A DNA stretch of 64,000 bases from Takakia lepidozioides (taxonomy: Eukaryota > Plantae > Bryophyta): NCBI GenBank assembly GCA_030704615.1, contig CM060734.1, positions 5,580,001 to 5,644,000 of the forward strand. The letters run 5' to 3'. The stretch's first letter is position 1; each line of letters begins with the position of its first letter. Both the position numbers and the translations under genes were made by a program. Under the pieces are notes generated by a model that had not been told where the DNA came from, searched no databases, and worked only from the letters and a program-made list of their open reading frames with translations. Of the stretch, positions 11,189 to 22,039 are shown one piece after another.

Positions 11189-12831
11189 CCTTTTCTCGTC
11201 TGTTTCTCTATCTCTGTCTATGTCTACAGGCTCCTTACTTCTTCACATACAGCCCATCTATCACGTAATGCAAATGCACACTCCGCCAGGCATCCAGTGC
11301 AGCCAGCCATGAAGTCATCCTTGGTCTCACAAGGCAAAACCATCCCTTTCATCAGTCTCTCTATCTCTCTCTCTCTCTCTTCTCTCCGTCAATACTCAAC
11401 CCTTCACACTACCCCTTTCTTTTAAAAGATCCCATTTCCCAAAACAGCTCTCATCCCTTCTTCAGATTCAACCTGAATACCCCAACATCTCTCTTTTCCT
11501 TTCAACAAAAGGGCTTAAGTCGTTCATATCCTGATACAATGCTGAAATCACACCTTATCCCTTTTGTGTTTTCATACAGTTCCAGCTAACCCTCAGTTAT
11601 CTCTCCAAGTAAACAAGCTATATCTACATTGGGTCCAGTGTATCACTACCCCCCAGCAACACTGAAACAAGAACAAGAATGAAGACAACAGTGACCATTC
11701 TGTTTTCTGTGACAACAGTCTCTCTCTCTCTCTCTTCACTCATTTTTCTTACTGACACTACGACGGCAGGTGTATCCATTCCTTCCATGTTCTGGTTTGA
11801 AGTCCAGAGTCTCCATTCCATTTCCAAAAACCTTTCCTCTATCACATGTCTCCACCCTTTCCTTTCAACAACCAGGGCAGTCCTAAATCTACCAAAAGCG
11901 ATTTCTAAGTCCGCCAAAAGAAGAAGCCCACAGTCTACCAACTTATCTGTTTTTATCCTCCAGTGAAGCGGTGGGTCAGCCTGCCGAGATGGCACCTCAC
12001 CATCGCCTGTCAGCAGCCACCACAACCTTTTCTCCTTGTCTTGATTCCAGAGTTTATCATGCCATGATGTCTCCTCATCATCCTATGGAGCATCCTGTGG
12101 TTTGCCAACTAAATTGCTCTATTCTTCTATGCATGTAGCTCTTTAAGAACTGAAATGGACCTATAGCACGAAGACAAAAAGGCAGCTAGAAGCCTGATTA
12201 CAGATAACCTGTGTTGCCATCCAGCCAGCACTCCACATGCCTTATCGCCTCCATTGATTGTGCTCAGATTCTCTTCCTTGTGCTTCTGGCAGGTGGCCGT
12301 TCTCCTTGCTTGCTCATCTGCCCATAACTGTCATCTTCAAGACAGTGGCGGCAGCGGTGGTGCGCCGCTCTCCTTACATGCTCCTATCTCCATGAATTGA
12401 TCATCACAACGAGAAAGACGGCACCGCTTCCCTTTACACAGAATACCAAGCAGAGGCACTTAATGCTGCCCTCTAAACCAAGCGAAGTCCCACAGCGCAG
12501 GTACAACCTCTCAACACAGACTGCCCTGTCAACACCACAGCTCGCGGCAGCTGCTACGAATCGCCCGTCACCTTCCTCTTCGTTCTTCCTTCCTCGCGGA
12601 TTTTAGGTTGAGCATCAGTGACGAAAACGTTCATCGCATGGATGAAAAATGCATGGTCACGACTTAGCCATTTTTATTTTGGCAAAGCATGAGTACAGTA
12701 TGCCCACAAAATTACCTGTATGGAGGGATATATCCCTCTTGCAGTTGGTATGAGGGCCCTCCCATTATAGTGATGCAGGGTCTTAACGGTGAAGCCACAA
12801 TGTAATGTCACTCCCCTGCATTCACACTACA
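10570..12831 (-). repeat. 3' LTR, including the extra outer 9 bp at 10570-10578
   Basis: 10579-12831 is a direct repeat of 16632-18893. Confidence 0.95.
11110..11185. repeat. (CT)n microsatellite in the LTR
   Basis: Pure CT run; the counterpart at ~17163-17248 is longer (net 9-bp offset between the LTRs). Confidence 0.95.
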
Positions 12832-12853
12832 TATGTAGTGTGTCTCCCTTTTT
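12823..12853 (-). other. PPT (AAAAAGGGAGA, 12853-12843) followed by the perfect 20-bp palindrome CACACTACATATGTAGTGTG (12823-12842)
   Basis: Read directly; the ORF stop codon overlaps the PPT. Confidence 0.9.
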
Positions 12854-15656
12854 AAGTGTCAGGGTCCTCACTGACCACCTTGACTGGCTGACCACCCATT
12901 GGTGGTATGAATGGTTTCAAATCCCGCCTACTTCTTACCCATTCCTTGTTTGCCCCATCTCTTAGCCTGCATTTGCGTGCAGCTTCCCTTCCAGGATCAT
13001 AAGGTACTCCCAACAGGTACATTGTGTTACTTCCCCTTCTGTTTCTGCTCCAGATATCTTGGAGAGGTCCGTTCATAATATTGTTTTTGATTGTCATGCC
13101 TTGGCCTTCAGCAAAGGGAAACCCCTCTCTGCTCATGATCTTCATGACCACTTCTGTCTGGCTGGTGCGAGCAGGGTTGTTCTCAAACTGACACCACCAC
13201 CTGGTTTCCATGCAACTCATCATGCCAATTTCATGGCCTTCTTCCCTGGCCACAGTTTTCGTGCTCCATCCCTGAGCTTGCATCGTCGTCCAGCCTCTCT
13301 TGTTTAAGTGACAGTGTCCCGGCTGTCCATTTGTTCTGCCGGCCAGAGCAAATCCAATTTGTGACAATGCCTTCTTCCTCTTCTTGTAGTTCATGCCAGG
13401 CAGGTCCTGATCTCCTTCCCACACAAACCAGCGTTTCCCAATTTTGTTGTTGCTCCCTGGCTCCTTGTTTTGAATCTCAGCTTCCACTTGTGCTCCCATC
13501 GACACTTGCGCCTTTCGTACTGCCTCATTTCCTGCATGCAGGTTGTCCTCAACAGCAGGCTGCAATTTCATTTGCATTGTTGGTGGCAAGTCATGGGCAA
13601 CCCTCTGGTTACCATGCCTTCCTTCTTCCCTTTCAACCAGCCTGCCCTCTTTAAGAGATTCAGGGCTGGTGTATGCCTTGCAAGTAGAAGTGATCGTGAC
13701 ATGGGTAGGCTTCATAGCCTCCCACATCAACTGCCCATCCATCTCCTGAGCCTGAATTTCACAACCATGCTGGGCATATCCTGAAATCATTGCACTCCAT
13801 GAGAGCAGATTGGGTGGCATACCTTCCTGCTCCATTTGTTCAAACAGTTGCAGGGTCTGTGCTTCAGAGCCATGCTGGGCATAACATGCAATCATTACTC
13901 TCCATGGCCCCACTTTTCTGTGAGACATATTGTCACACACATGTTGTGCATTCATGCTCCCACGTTTGGCATACCTGTCAACAATGGCAGTCTCCATAAT
14001 GATATCTGGTGCAATACCAGATTTGATACTGTCACCATGGACCTCTTCGCCTTTTACCCGGTCTGCCAGGTTCGCACATGCATTCAACACACACAGGAAC
14101 GTCACCTGTTTGGGCTTCTCTCCTTCATCTCCAGCATCTGTAGAAAGCTCATTGCCTCTCTGAATTGCATCTGCTGGCATAGCCTTAGCTCCTTCAGTTA
14201 CAATGTCAAAGCACTCTTCAAGGCCATTAGCACCCATGTGATGCCAATGATCTAGGTATGCTTGGGGATGATGGCACATTACCTTCATCTCTCCTTCATA
14301 CAGCACCACCGAGTCACCCTTTTCACAACCTTCTCCACTTCTTTCCTCAATTAAACTGTCACTTGGTGGAGCGGTTGTTCCAGAGCTGCTCTGCTCTTGT
14401 TTTTTCAGCTCCATAGGCTGCAGATTACTCTCTACAGAGACATGACTTGTCATGAGCTGCCTCCCATACAAGACATGCAGCTCCTTCACTTTAATGCTTG
14501 AGCTTGCACTGAGCATTCTCAGATGTCCTCGTGTACCCGGATCCCATACCCTTTGCTGGGCATAGTTCATTGGCTGATCTCTGAACGTTATCAGGTCAAC
14601 CAGGGTCTTCTCAGCAGAAAGGCCAACCTTCTCTTTCTGATCCCTATGCATCCTCTCCATCCCAAGATGCATCTCTCTAAGAGAGTCAAACTTTGCTGCT
14701 AGTTTCCCCATTTTCCACAACAAGAGTGTTGAACCGTGAGAAGATTCCAAATCTTTCTTGTGAACGGTACTCAAATCTCCCATCCTTTGTTTTGTGGGTG
14801 GGAATTCAAGTTTCCTTGTATCAACATCTACAGTTTCAAGGGCTGGAGAGACACTCTGGCTTTTGGCACGAACTGGTGATTTCAGCGGACTCACATCTGA
14901 TCCCAAGTTGTCATGCAAGCTGATGTCTCTTGTGCACTCAACCAACATCCACTTAGACATACCATCTTCCTTGTCATCCTTCTCATGTGCTATATTGGTC
15001 GTATGTCCTCCTTTACTTGAGTGTTCCGAACTCCTTTTGTATTCAGGTTCATTGTCCTCCTTTGTCTTGCATTGCGCACATCTCACTCCTCCCATTCCCA
15101 ATTGGTGTCCACATGTGTGTCTTTCTTTACACTCCATATGACCCTTCTTGGATGAACAAAAGGCAGTGACCTGCCCATCTACATAGCATTGGTCGTGCAA
15201 CTGAAACTTCCTACTTCTGAACTCTTCTTCACTCAATAAATTTTGACCACACAACCCTTGCACGTTGTCGTTGATGACATCAAGATTTCTGTATATTGGT
15301 GTGGTGGCGGTATCATGATCAAGACAATCATCCCTTGCTTCTAACTCTTGCTTGGTTCCACATTTTTTCCGCATGTCTTGCTCTATCTCCAACTGTGCAT
15401 CCTTTATGTCTGATTCCAGAGGTGCATCTTGATCCAGACCCTTTCTCGTTTGAGCGAGCAATGTACACTCTTCCTCTACCCATCCCATCAGATCTGCCCA
15501 AGACTCCTTGTCATCTTCGTCTCTCAAGACACTCACTTCACAGGTTGTACCACCAATCCTTGGCGAGTTGGTGACGCTCTGCCCATACTCTTCCTCCACC
15601 CATTCCATCAGATCTGCCAAAGACTCCTTGTCATCTTCGTCTCTCAAGACACTCAC
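12852..15656 (-). CDS. 934-aa chimeric ORF with ~5 degenerate PLS-class PPR motifs (~13635-14120); C-terminal part of a Gag fusion
   Basis: KPKQVTFLCVLNACA...VHG; PDIIMETAIVDRYAKRGS; PWRVMIACYAQHG...LQLFEQM..EG; PNLLSWSAMISGYAQHG; KPTHVTITSTCKA. Also WDPG/YDPG motifs of the kind seen in plant non-autonomous gag ORFs. Confidence 0.8.
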   Translation of the reverse strand: MSVLRDEDDKESLADLMEWVEEEYGQSVTNSPRIGGTTCEVSVLRDEDDKESWADLMGWVEEECTLLAQTRKGLDQDAPLESDIKDAQLEIEQDMRKKCGTKQELEARDDCLDHDTATTPIYRNLDVINDNVQGLCGQNLLSEEEFRSRKFQLHDQCYVDGQVTAFCSSKKGHMECKERHTCGHQLGMGGVRCAQCKTKEDNEPEYKRSSEHSSKGGHTTNIAHEKDDKEDGMSKWMLVECTRDISLHDNLGSDVSPLKSPVRAKSQSVSPALETVDVDTRKLEFPPTKQRMGDLSTVHKKDLESSHGSTLLLWKMGKLAAKFDSLREMHLGMERMHRDQKEKVGLSAEKTLVDLITFRDQPMNYAQQRVWDPGTRGHLRMLSASSSIKVKELHVLYGRQLMTSHVSVESNLQPMELKKQEQSSSGTTAPPSDSLIEERSGEGCEKGDSVVLYEGEMKVMCHHPQAYLDHWHHMGANGLEECFDIVTEGAKAMPADAIQRGNELSTDAGDEGEKPKQVTFLCVLNACANLADRVKGEEVHGDSIKSGIAPDIIMETAIVDRYAKRGSMNAQHVCDNMSHRKVGPWRVMIACYAQHGSEAQTLQLFEQMEQEGMPPNLLSWSAMISGYAQHGCEIQAQEMDGQLMWEAMKPTHVTITSTCKAYTSPESLKEGRLVEREEGRHGNQRVAHDLPPTMQMKLQPAVEDNLHAGNEAVRKAQVSMGAQVEAEIQNKEPGSNNKIGKRWFVWEGDQDLPGMNYKKRKKALSQIGFALAGRTNGQPGHCHLNKRGWTTMQAQGWSTKTVAREEGHEIGMMSCMETRWWCQFENNPARTSQTEVVMKIMSREGFPFAEGQGMTIKNNIMNGPLQDIWSRNRRGSNTMYLLGVPYDPGREAARKCRLRDGANKEWVRSRRDLKPFIPPMGGQPVKVVSEDPDT

Positions 15657-15712
15657 TTCACAGGTTGTACCACTAATCCTTGGTGAGTTGGCAACACTAT
15701 GCCATACTCCCC
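15470..15712. repeat. 120-bp tandem duplication within the ORF
   Basis: CCATCAGATCTGCC.AAGACTCCTTGTCATCTTCGTCTCTCAAGACACTCACTTCACAGGTTGTACCAC repeated with period 120. Confidence 0.9.
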
Positions 15713-16564
15713 AGGCATGTCTTGATCTACATGTGCCTTTGTAGAAGACCTTAGGATCTGCACAGGAACTTGCAATCTAGGTGCACACTCTTCATTGACA
15801 CCTGATTGACTCTTTGTTGAACAAAAGATATCTTCCAAGATCTCTTCTTCCACATCACAAAACACATTCACAACGTTTGTGCCAAGAGAGCTTACACATT
15901 CGAATTCCATCCTTCTGCTGCTCTTCGACTCCCATTGTTCCAACATTTCATAGCCTGAATCTTGCATTCCACATGTTCCCATTTGCAGCCCCAGCCGGTG
16001 ATTCTTTTCACTTCGGATCTGATTCTGTCTTGATGGACATGCAGTGCAACACTCTACTTGCTGCCTTGTCTTGTTCAAGTTGAGAACTCGAGGAAGCATT
16101 GCAGGGACTTCACTGGTGTGGTTCTTCTCCCTAAAGCACCTCCGTGACATTGTTTTGTGATCTGGTATAGGTTTATGATCAATAGAACTCACAGGTGTGA
16201 ACCTGTTGTGCTTATCCTTCTCAATCAGAGATAATTTCTCTTCCATCCCTGTAACAGACTCTTCCACATTGGTATCTATCTCATCAAACTTCCTTGCTAA
16301 CATCACTTCATTCTTACTTGATTGATCTTCTCCTCCAAATTTCAAGATTATGGCTACTTGAAAATCATGCCAGTTCATGGGCCTTGGTTTTTGTATACGA
16401 TGCCAAGTATCTGCCCGTCCCTTGAGATTCAGCCATGCCGATACAAATAACTTGTGCTTATCATAGCTCCGGATTTCTCCATCCCTTTTCAGATTCTGGA
16501 TCCAGCTGCAAACATCCTCATCCTCCTTCCCGTAAAATGGAATGTTAGTCACCATTGCTCGCAA
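15653..16564 (-). CDS. gag: Gag-like N-terminal ORF
   Basis: IPFYGKEDEDVCSWI...LNLKGRADTWH...NWHDFQVAIILKF, a retrotransposon gag capsid motif immediately downstream of the PBS. Confidence 0.8.
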   Translation of the reverse strand: MRAMVTNIPFYGKEDEDVCSWIQNLKRDGEIRSYDKHKLFVSAWLNLKGRADTWHRIQKPRPMNWHDFQVAIILKFGGEDQSSKNEVMLARKFDEIDTNVEESVTGMEEKLSLIEKDKHNRFTPVSSIDHKPIPDHKTMSRRCFREKNHTSEVPAMLPRVLNLNKTRQQVECCTACPSRQNQIRSEKNHRLGLQMGTCGMQDSGYEMLEQWESKSSRRMEFECVSSLGTNVVNVFCDVEEEILEDIFCSTKSQSGVNEECAPRLQVPVQILRSSTKAHVDQDMPGEYGIVLPTHQGLVVQPVK

Positions 16565-16620
16565 TCACTCCCCTATCTTGCTACACTAAATCCTACATTT
16601 CCCGGATCAAAGACCGGCCT

Positions 16621-16632
16621 GCTCTGATACCA
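16621..16632 (-). other. Primer binding site, tRNA-iMet
   Basis: TGGTATCAGAGC on the minus strand, directly abutting the LTR. Confidence 0.95.
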
Positions 16633-17169
16633 AAAGAAGGGGCGTGAATCCCCTTCTGGTTAATCCTAAATCTGTACTCCTCCTACTCGTCCCTGTTGAA
16701 GTATCAGGGCAAAGGAAAGGAGCGTTCTCTTTTCTGTCCAACCATCGTCATGAGGCTATATGGGTTTTTCCTTCAGGTTCGTTCGTGATCAGAGTTTGCG
16801 GAATCCTCATCCACGCCGCAGCGGAAGAGAAGACATGGATGGGAGTCTTTGGTTTGTTCTTGCCCTCGAATCTACTTCTATGCAACAGCCTGGCCCTATG
16901 CTCACTGCGCCAACAGTGTTGGCGTGATCTTTTATGTGATGCAAGCAGCCCAATGGCAGCGGTGAATACGACCCTTAATGTGAACCCCCTTGAGCAGTGA
17001 CATGTCGGAAATCCCTTTTTGTAATGGTGACACAGATTTAGAGGGAGACAGCTCAGATCTTCATAAACTGCAGGGGCACTGGTTTTCCTTCAAGATTCAT
17101 GCTTTCTTCATCTCAATCTCCCCAAGTTGGCCATCCCCCCATCAACCCCTTTTGCTGAGCAGCTCACTC

Positions 17170-17252
<83 letters not shown>

Positions 17253-18893
17253 TTTTCTCATCTGTTTCTCTATCTCTGTCTATGTCTACAGGCTCCTTAC
17301 TTCTTCACATACAGCCCATCTATCACGTAATGCAAATGCACACTCCGCCAGGCATCCAGTGCAGCCAGCCATGAAGTCATCCTTGGTCTCACAAGGCAAA
17401 ACCATCCCTTTCATCAGTCTCTCTATCTCTCTCTCTCTCTCTTCTCTCCGTCAATACTCAACCCTTCACACTACCCCTTTCTTTTAAAAGATCCCATTTC
17501 CCAAAACAGCTCTCATCCCTTCTTCAGATTCAACCTGAATACCCCAACATCTCTCTTTTCCTTTCAACAAAAGGGCTTAAGTCGTTCATATCCTGATACA
17601 ATGCTGAAATCACACCTTATCCCTTTTGTGTTTTCATACAGTTCCAGCTAACCCTCAGTTATCTCTCCAAGTAAACAAGCTATATCTACATTGGGTCCAG
17701 TGTATCACTACCCCCCAGCAACACTGAAACAAGAACAAGAATGAAGACAACAGTGACCATTCTGTTTTCTGTGACAACAGTCTCTCTCTCTCTCTCTTCA
17801 CTCATTTTTCTTACTGACACTACGACGGCAGGTGTATCCATTCCTTCCATGTTCTGGTTTGAAGTCCAGAGTCTCCATTCCATTTCCAAAAACCTTTCCT
17901 CTATCACATGTCTCCACCCTTTCCTTTCAACAACCAGGGCAGTCCTAAATCTACCAAAAGCGATTTCTAAGTCCGCCAAAAGAAGAAGCCCACAGTCTAC
18001 CAACTTATCTGTTTTTATCCTCCAGTGAAGCGGTGGGTCAGCCTGCCGAGATGGCACCTCACCATCGCCTGTCAGCAGCCACCACAACCTTTTCTCCTTG
18101 TCTTGATTCCAGAGTTTATCATGCCATGATGTCTCCTCATCATCCTATGGAGCATCCTGTGGTTTGCCAACTAAATTGCTCTATTCTTCTATGCATGTAG
18201 CTCTTTAAGAACTGAAATGGACCTATAGCACGAAGACAAAAAGGCAGCTAGAAGCCTGATTACAGATAACCTGTGTTGCCATCCAGCCAGCACTCCACAT
18301 GCCTTATCGCCTCCATTGATTGTGCTCAGATTCTCTTCCTTGTGCTTCTGGCAGGTGGCCGTTCTCCTTGCTTGCTCATCTGCCCATAACTGTCATCTTC
18401 AAGACAGTGGCGGCAGCGGTGGTGCGCCGCTCTCCTTACATGCTCCTATCTCCATGAATTGATCATCACAACGAGAAAGACGGCACCGCTTCCCTTTACA
18501 CAGAATACCAAGCAGAGGCACTTAATGCTGCCCTCTAAACCAAGCGAAGTCCCACAGCGCAGGTACAACCTCTCAACACAGACTGCCCTGTCAACACCAC
18601 AGCTCGCGGCAGCTGCTACGAATCGCCCGTCACCTTCCTCTTCGTTCTTCCTTCCTCGCGGATTTTAGGTTGAGCATCAGTGACGAAAACGTTCATCGCA
18701 TGGATGAAAAATGCATGGTCACGACTTAGCCATTTTTATTTTGGCAAAGCATGAGTACAGTATGCCCACAAAATTACCTGTATGGAGGGATATATCCCTC
18801 TTGCAGTTGGTATGAGGGCCCTCCCATTATAGTGATGCAGGGTCTTAACGGTGAAGCCACAATGTAATGTCACTCCCCTGCATTCACACTACA
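16633..18893 (-). repeat. 5' LTR (lacks the terminal CA)
   Basis: Begins TGTAGTGTGAATG, ends ...CCCCTTCTTT directly before the PBS. Confidence 0.95.
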
Positions 18894-20029
18894 ATTTCAT
18901 CTTGCCTTAACCTTTTTGAGGCCGGTTATTTGGTTTTTCATCCCAATCTTTTTTCATCCAAATTTGGCTGACATTATTGTAGGATGATGAAACTTAACGT
19001 ACAGAAAGCTTGGTTTACCATTTGTTTTTCTTTCATCTAAACTGGATGAACTACATGAATAATGGTGACCTATTTTAATCCAAGAGATAGTAATTTTACC
19101 ATCATTTATTATAAATGATGGCAGTTATTAAACTTGAGCCTATACCCTAACCCTAAAAGATACCTTTTTATTGGATGTCATCCATTGACAAAGTGCATCT
19201 CGTGCTAAAATGCGACTTTTTCGTCCACCCTGCATGAGAAATCGAGGAGCTGTGCCCTAAGCGGGCCGACACATTTCACAGCACATAACTCGTGCTTCAG
19301 GGATCCTCGATGATGCGCCGTGTAAATCTGCTCCCCTGCTGCTACATGGTACTCGTGATGGCTGGCTCTTGGGATGCGCATTGGCGGTTAGGCAGATTCC
19401 TCTCTGGCAGGCGACAAAGCGATGATCGCTTTGCTCAGACCCTCATGGTTCTTTTTAATTTGCAGCGGCGCTTTTACTCCTCGTTGGGAAGTACTCTATC
19501 CCTATTTATCTACATATTACGTGCGGCTCTCTTTTTGTATGAGCTATTCTCTATCTGTGAACACTTCTACTTTGATTGCGTTCTGTTGGAGACGATCTGT
19601 TGGACGCCATGGCGCAAGGCATACCACAAAACACTCCCTGCCACTCACCCGATGCATCCTCACTAACACACATCTTTATGTGGTGGTTTTTGGGACGGGC
19701 ACAGGTGAGGGTCTTCACTTGTGTTGATTTCCTGAAGCTTGCAGTTCCTATTCTTGCAAATGTGGGTGCTGCTGAGCCTCTTGCCGCTTCAAAACTGCAG
19801 TCTAATTATTGAATTAAAATTCAAGAAAATCGAGTTAATTCAAAATTGTTCAAAGGGGGATTGCGTCGTTGGGGGGGAAAATGGTTTGTTTTTGTCTTGA
19901 ATCTCTGCGAATGTGTTGCACACATATTGAAGCACATGCGGGCTAAAGTTGAGCGTGAACCACATCCGTTCATCGATGCAATAGGCGTTCATGCATGAGA
20001 GGATTTCTTTTTCGCAGTGAGCAAAACTG

Positions 20030-20614
20030 GATGACATGTGAACGTGCCAGTCATAACGACCATCCCTCATCCTGCATAATTTGACTTCACGTGTGGACCT
20101 GTGATTAAACGTGCAAAGTCGTATATGCCAGTCACGAAAGACCCCCCCCCCCCCCCCCGGCACCATATTGTCATGCCACGTGTCATATCCCATATTCTCC
20201 ACGTATAGTCATACATGCCAGTCTTGGCAGACCCCCTCTCCTCACCCTGTCATGCCACGTGTTGTTCTCGATATTCTCCACGTGCTGTCCTGGGGTTAAT
20301 CCGCGGAAGTCGTATATGCCAATCGTGAAGACCCTGTCGTCTTCCCTTTGACGTGACAGGTGGCATATCCTTTCTCTTCCACGTGAAGCTGACATGGATT
20401 CGCAGTCATTTACTACGATCTTATCAATGACTATGATTAGGCGTCCCCGTTGCCACGTCAACAGTGAGCTCCATGACTGGCAGATACGACTCAATGGCGC
20501 TTACGACTCATTTGTCACAACTGACTGGGTTTATCTGACTGGGCAGTCATGCAATCATAAAAGGCTGATACGACTGGAAAATAGCAGACGTAAAAGCCGG
20601 GATCTGTTGTAGTG
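20030..20614. mobile_element. CACTA transposon right end with subterminal repeats
   Basis: Ends TCTGTTGTAGTG; preceded by repeated GCCAGTCA/TGACTGG and TGCCACGT motifs; abuts the truncated dispersed repeat. Confidence 0.6.
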
Positions 20615-21120
20615 CAACTAGGTTATTATACACCATTTCTTGGAGTTCCAAAGTAGACCTTGGGATGCGGGGCAACGGAGTTGCATTAAAGAGGTGGTTT
20701 GTTCTCCAGTGTGATTTTTGGGTAGTTATTGGAATCCACAAGGACAAACCTTGGGATGCGGGGCACATAGAGTGCAGTAATCTAACCCATGTCGTAGAAT
20801 TAAAACTTATTTGATATGACATAAGCTATGAAAGCTATGACCATCCAATCGCCAAGGTAGAAGACTTCATACATCTTCGTTACTAATCACGTGTTGTGAG
20901 TTTCTTTTCTTCTTCACCAAGTGTAGAACCACAGATGCAGGAATTGGAACAATGGGATGGCTAATATATGCACTCTTGTCCAATGCATATTGTCGATCAT
21001 CATTTGTCTTTTTATCACAAAATATATCTCTGTCTGTTCAACGTATATCTCGAGAAAAATTAAATGCTTGCTGCATCAAACATCTGCAGTATACCGATGC
21101 TCCCTGCATGGAGCGATTGC
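20615..21120. repeat. Dispersed repeat, copy of 700-1212
   Basis: Colinear diverged match to 700-1212. Confidence 0.9.
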
Positions 21121-22039
21121 GACTTGGACCGCCCGAGCATTCGAACGCGCAACATTGTCTTCATCTCCATACCTTTCATATATGTTAGATGAACCATCTG
21201 AGGGTGAACTCGGGATAATCAGTTTTCATGGGACGTCCGCAATGAGGTCTGCAGCTGCAACTACCCAGATTACAAGCAGAAAGGGAGGGCTGAGAACAAG
21301 GTTGGCGAGACATGTCGTCCCAAGATGGTGCTTGCTTGACCCATGAGGGATTGCTTAGGTTTATCCTACATTTATGATCTCCAGCTTTTGTAAGCATTGA
21401 CACATAACAAACTCGTGGATACTGAGCTATGGGAAGAGTCGGAACGACAATTAAGTGCTAAAGCAAAGTTTGGAATTTCTGGAGTGCTGAGCCCTGGTCT
21501 ACTGAAGCCATAAAGTACCTCCGACAAATATCCAAATGAGTCAGTCAATGATCTGCTCATGTTGTGAAGACCGTTGCCATGACATGACAGCAGCTATGCC
21601 GCAAAATTTTACACTCCATGTGCACACTCTTTCCCTCACAGACAACCACACTTCATCTGTGTCCATTTCAAGAACGAGTAGCTTTTTACTTTGTACTACT
21701 ATGCACACAAACCACTCATATGTTGAACAAACATGGTCAAGACCTTACAACAGACATACGAAGTTATAAGCACAATAGTAACTATCCCTCCTAACCTAAC
21801 CTAAGAATATGTTCTGCTCCTTTCAACTAAATCTATCACTAAACCTCACACACCATGAGTAAATAATAGATTCTCGCCTAACTTATCCAGCCTTAGTTCA
21901 ATAGACTGTTGTGCCGTCACAAATTAAGGCAATAGAGAAGTATGGTCTAGAAATAGGCAATGCATACACCGTTTCCTTCAACCTCCCCCATCTACCTGGG
22001 TTAGTTGCCATTTTTATACAGGTCCAGCTTTGAGTGGGG

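Larger units (their letters stand above)
10570..18893 (-). mobile_element. Young non-autonomous LTR retrotransposon (TR-GAG/LARD-like) carrying a Gag-PPR ORF
   Basis: Two near-identical ~2.26-kb LTRs, termini TGTAGTGTGAA...TTCACACTACA, 4-bp TSD ATTT (10566-10569 / 18894-18897), tRNA-iMet PBS, PPT; no protease, RT or integrase. Confidence 0.95.

Noticed and set aside
10937-11425. SLSLSL-rich ORFs (also 16990-17487)
   Set aside because: Translation artefacts of the (CT)n microsatellite within the LTRs.
12852-15656. Host PPR editing-factor gene
   Set aside because: Only a few degenerate motifs, no E/DYW domain, and it lies between the PBS and PPT of an LTR element.
16621-16632. tRNA-Met gene (also 32188, 33851, 44900)
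   Set aside because: Only the 12-nt complement of the tRNA 3' end, i.e. primer binding sites.
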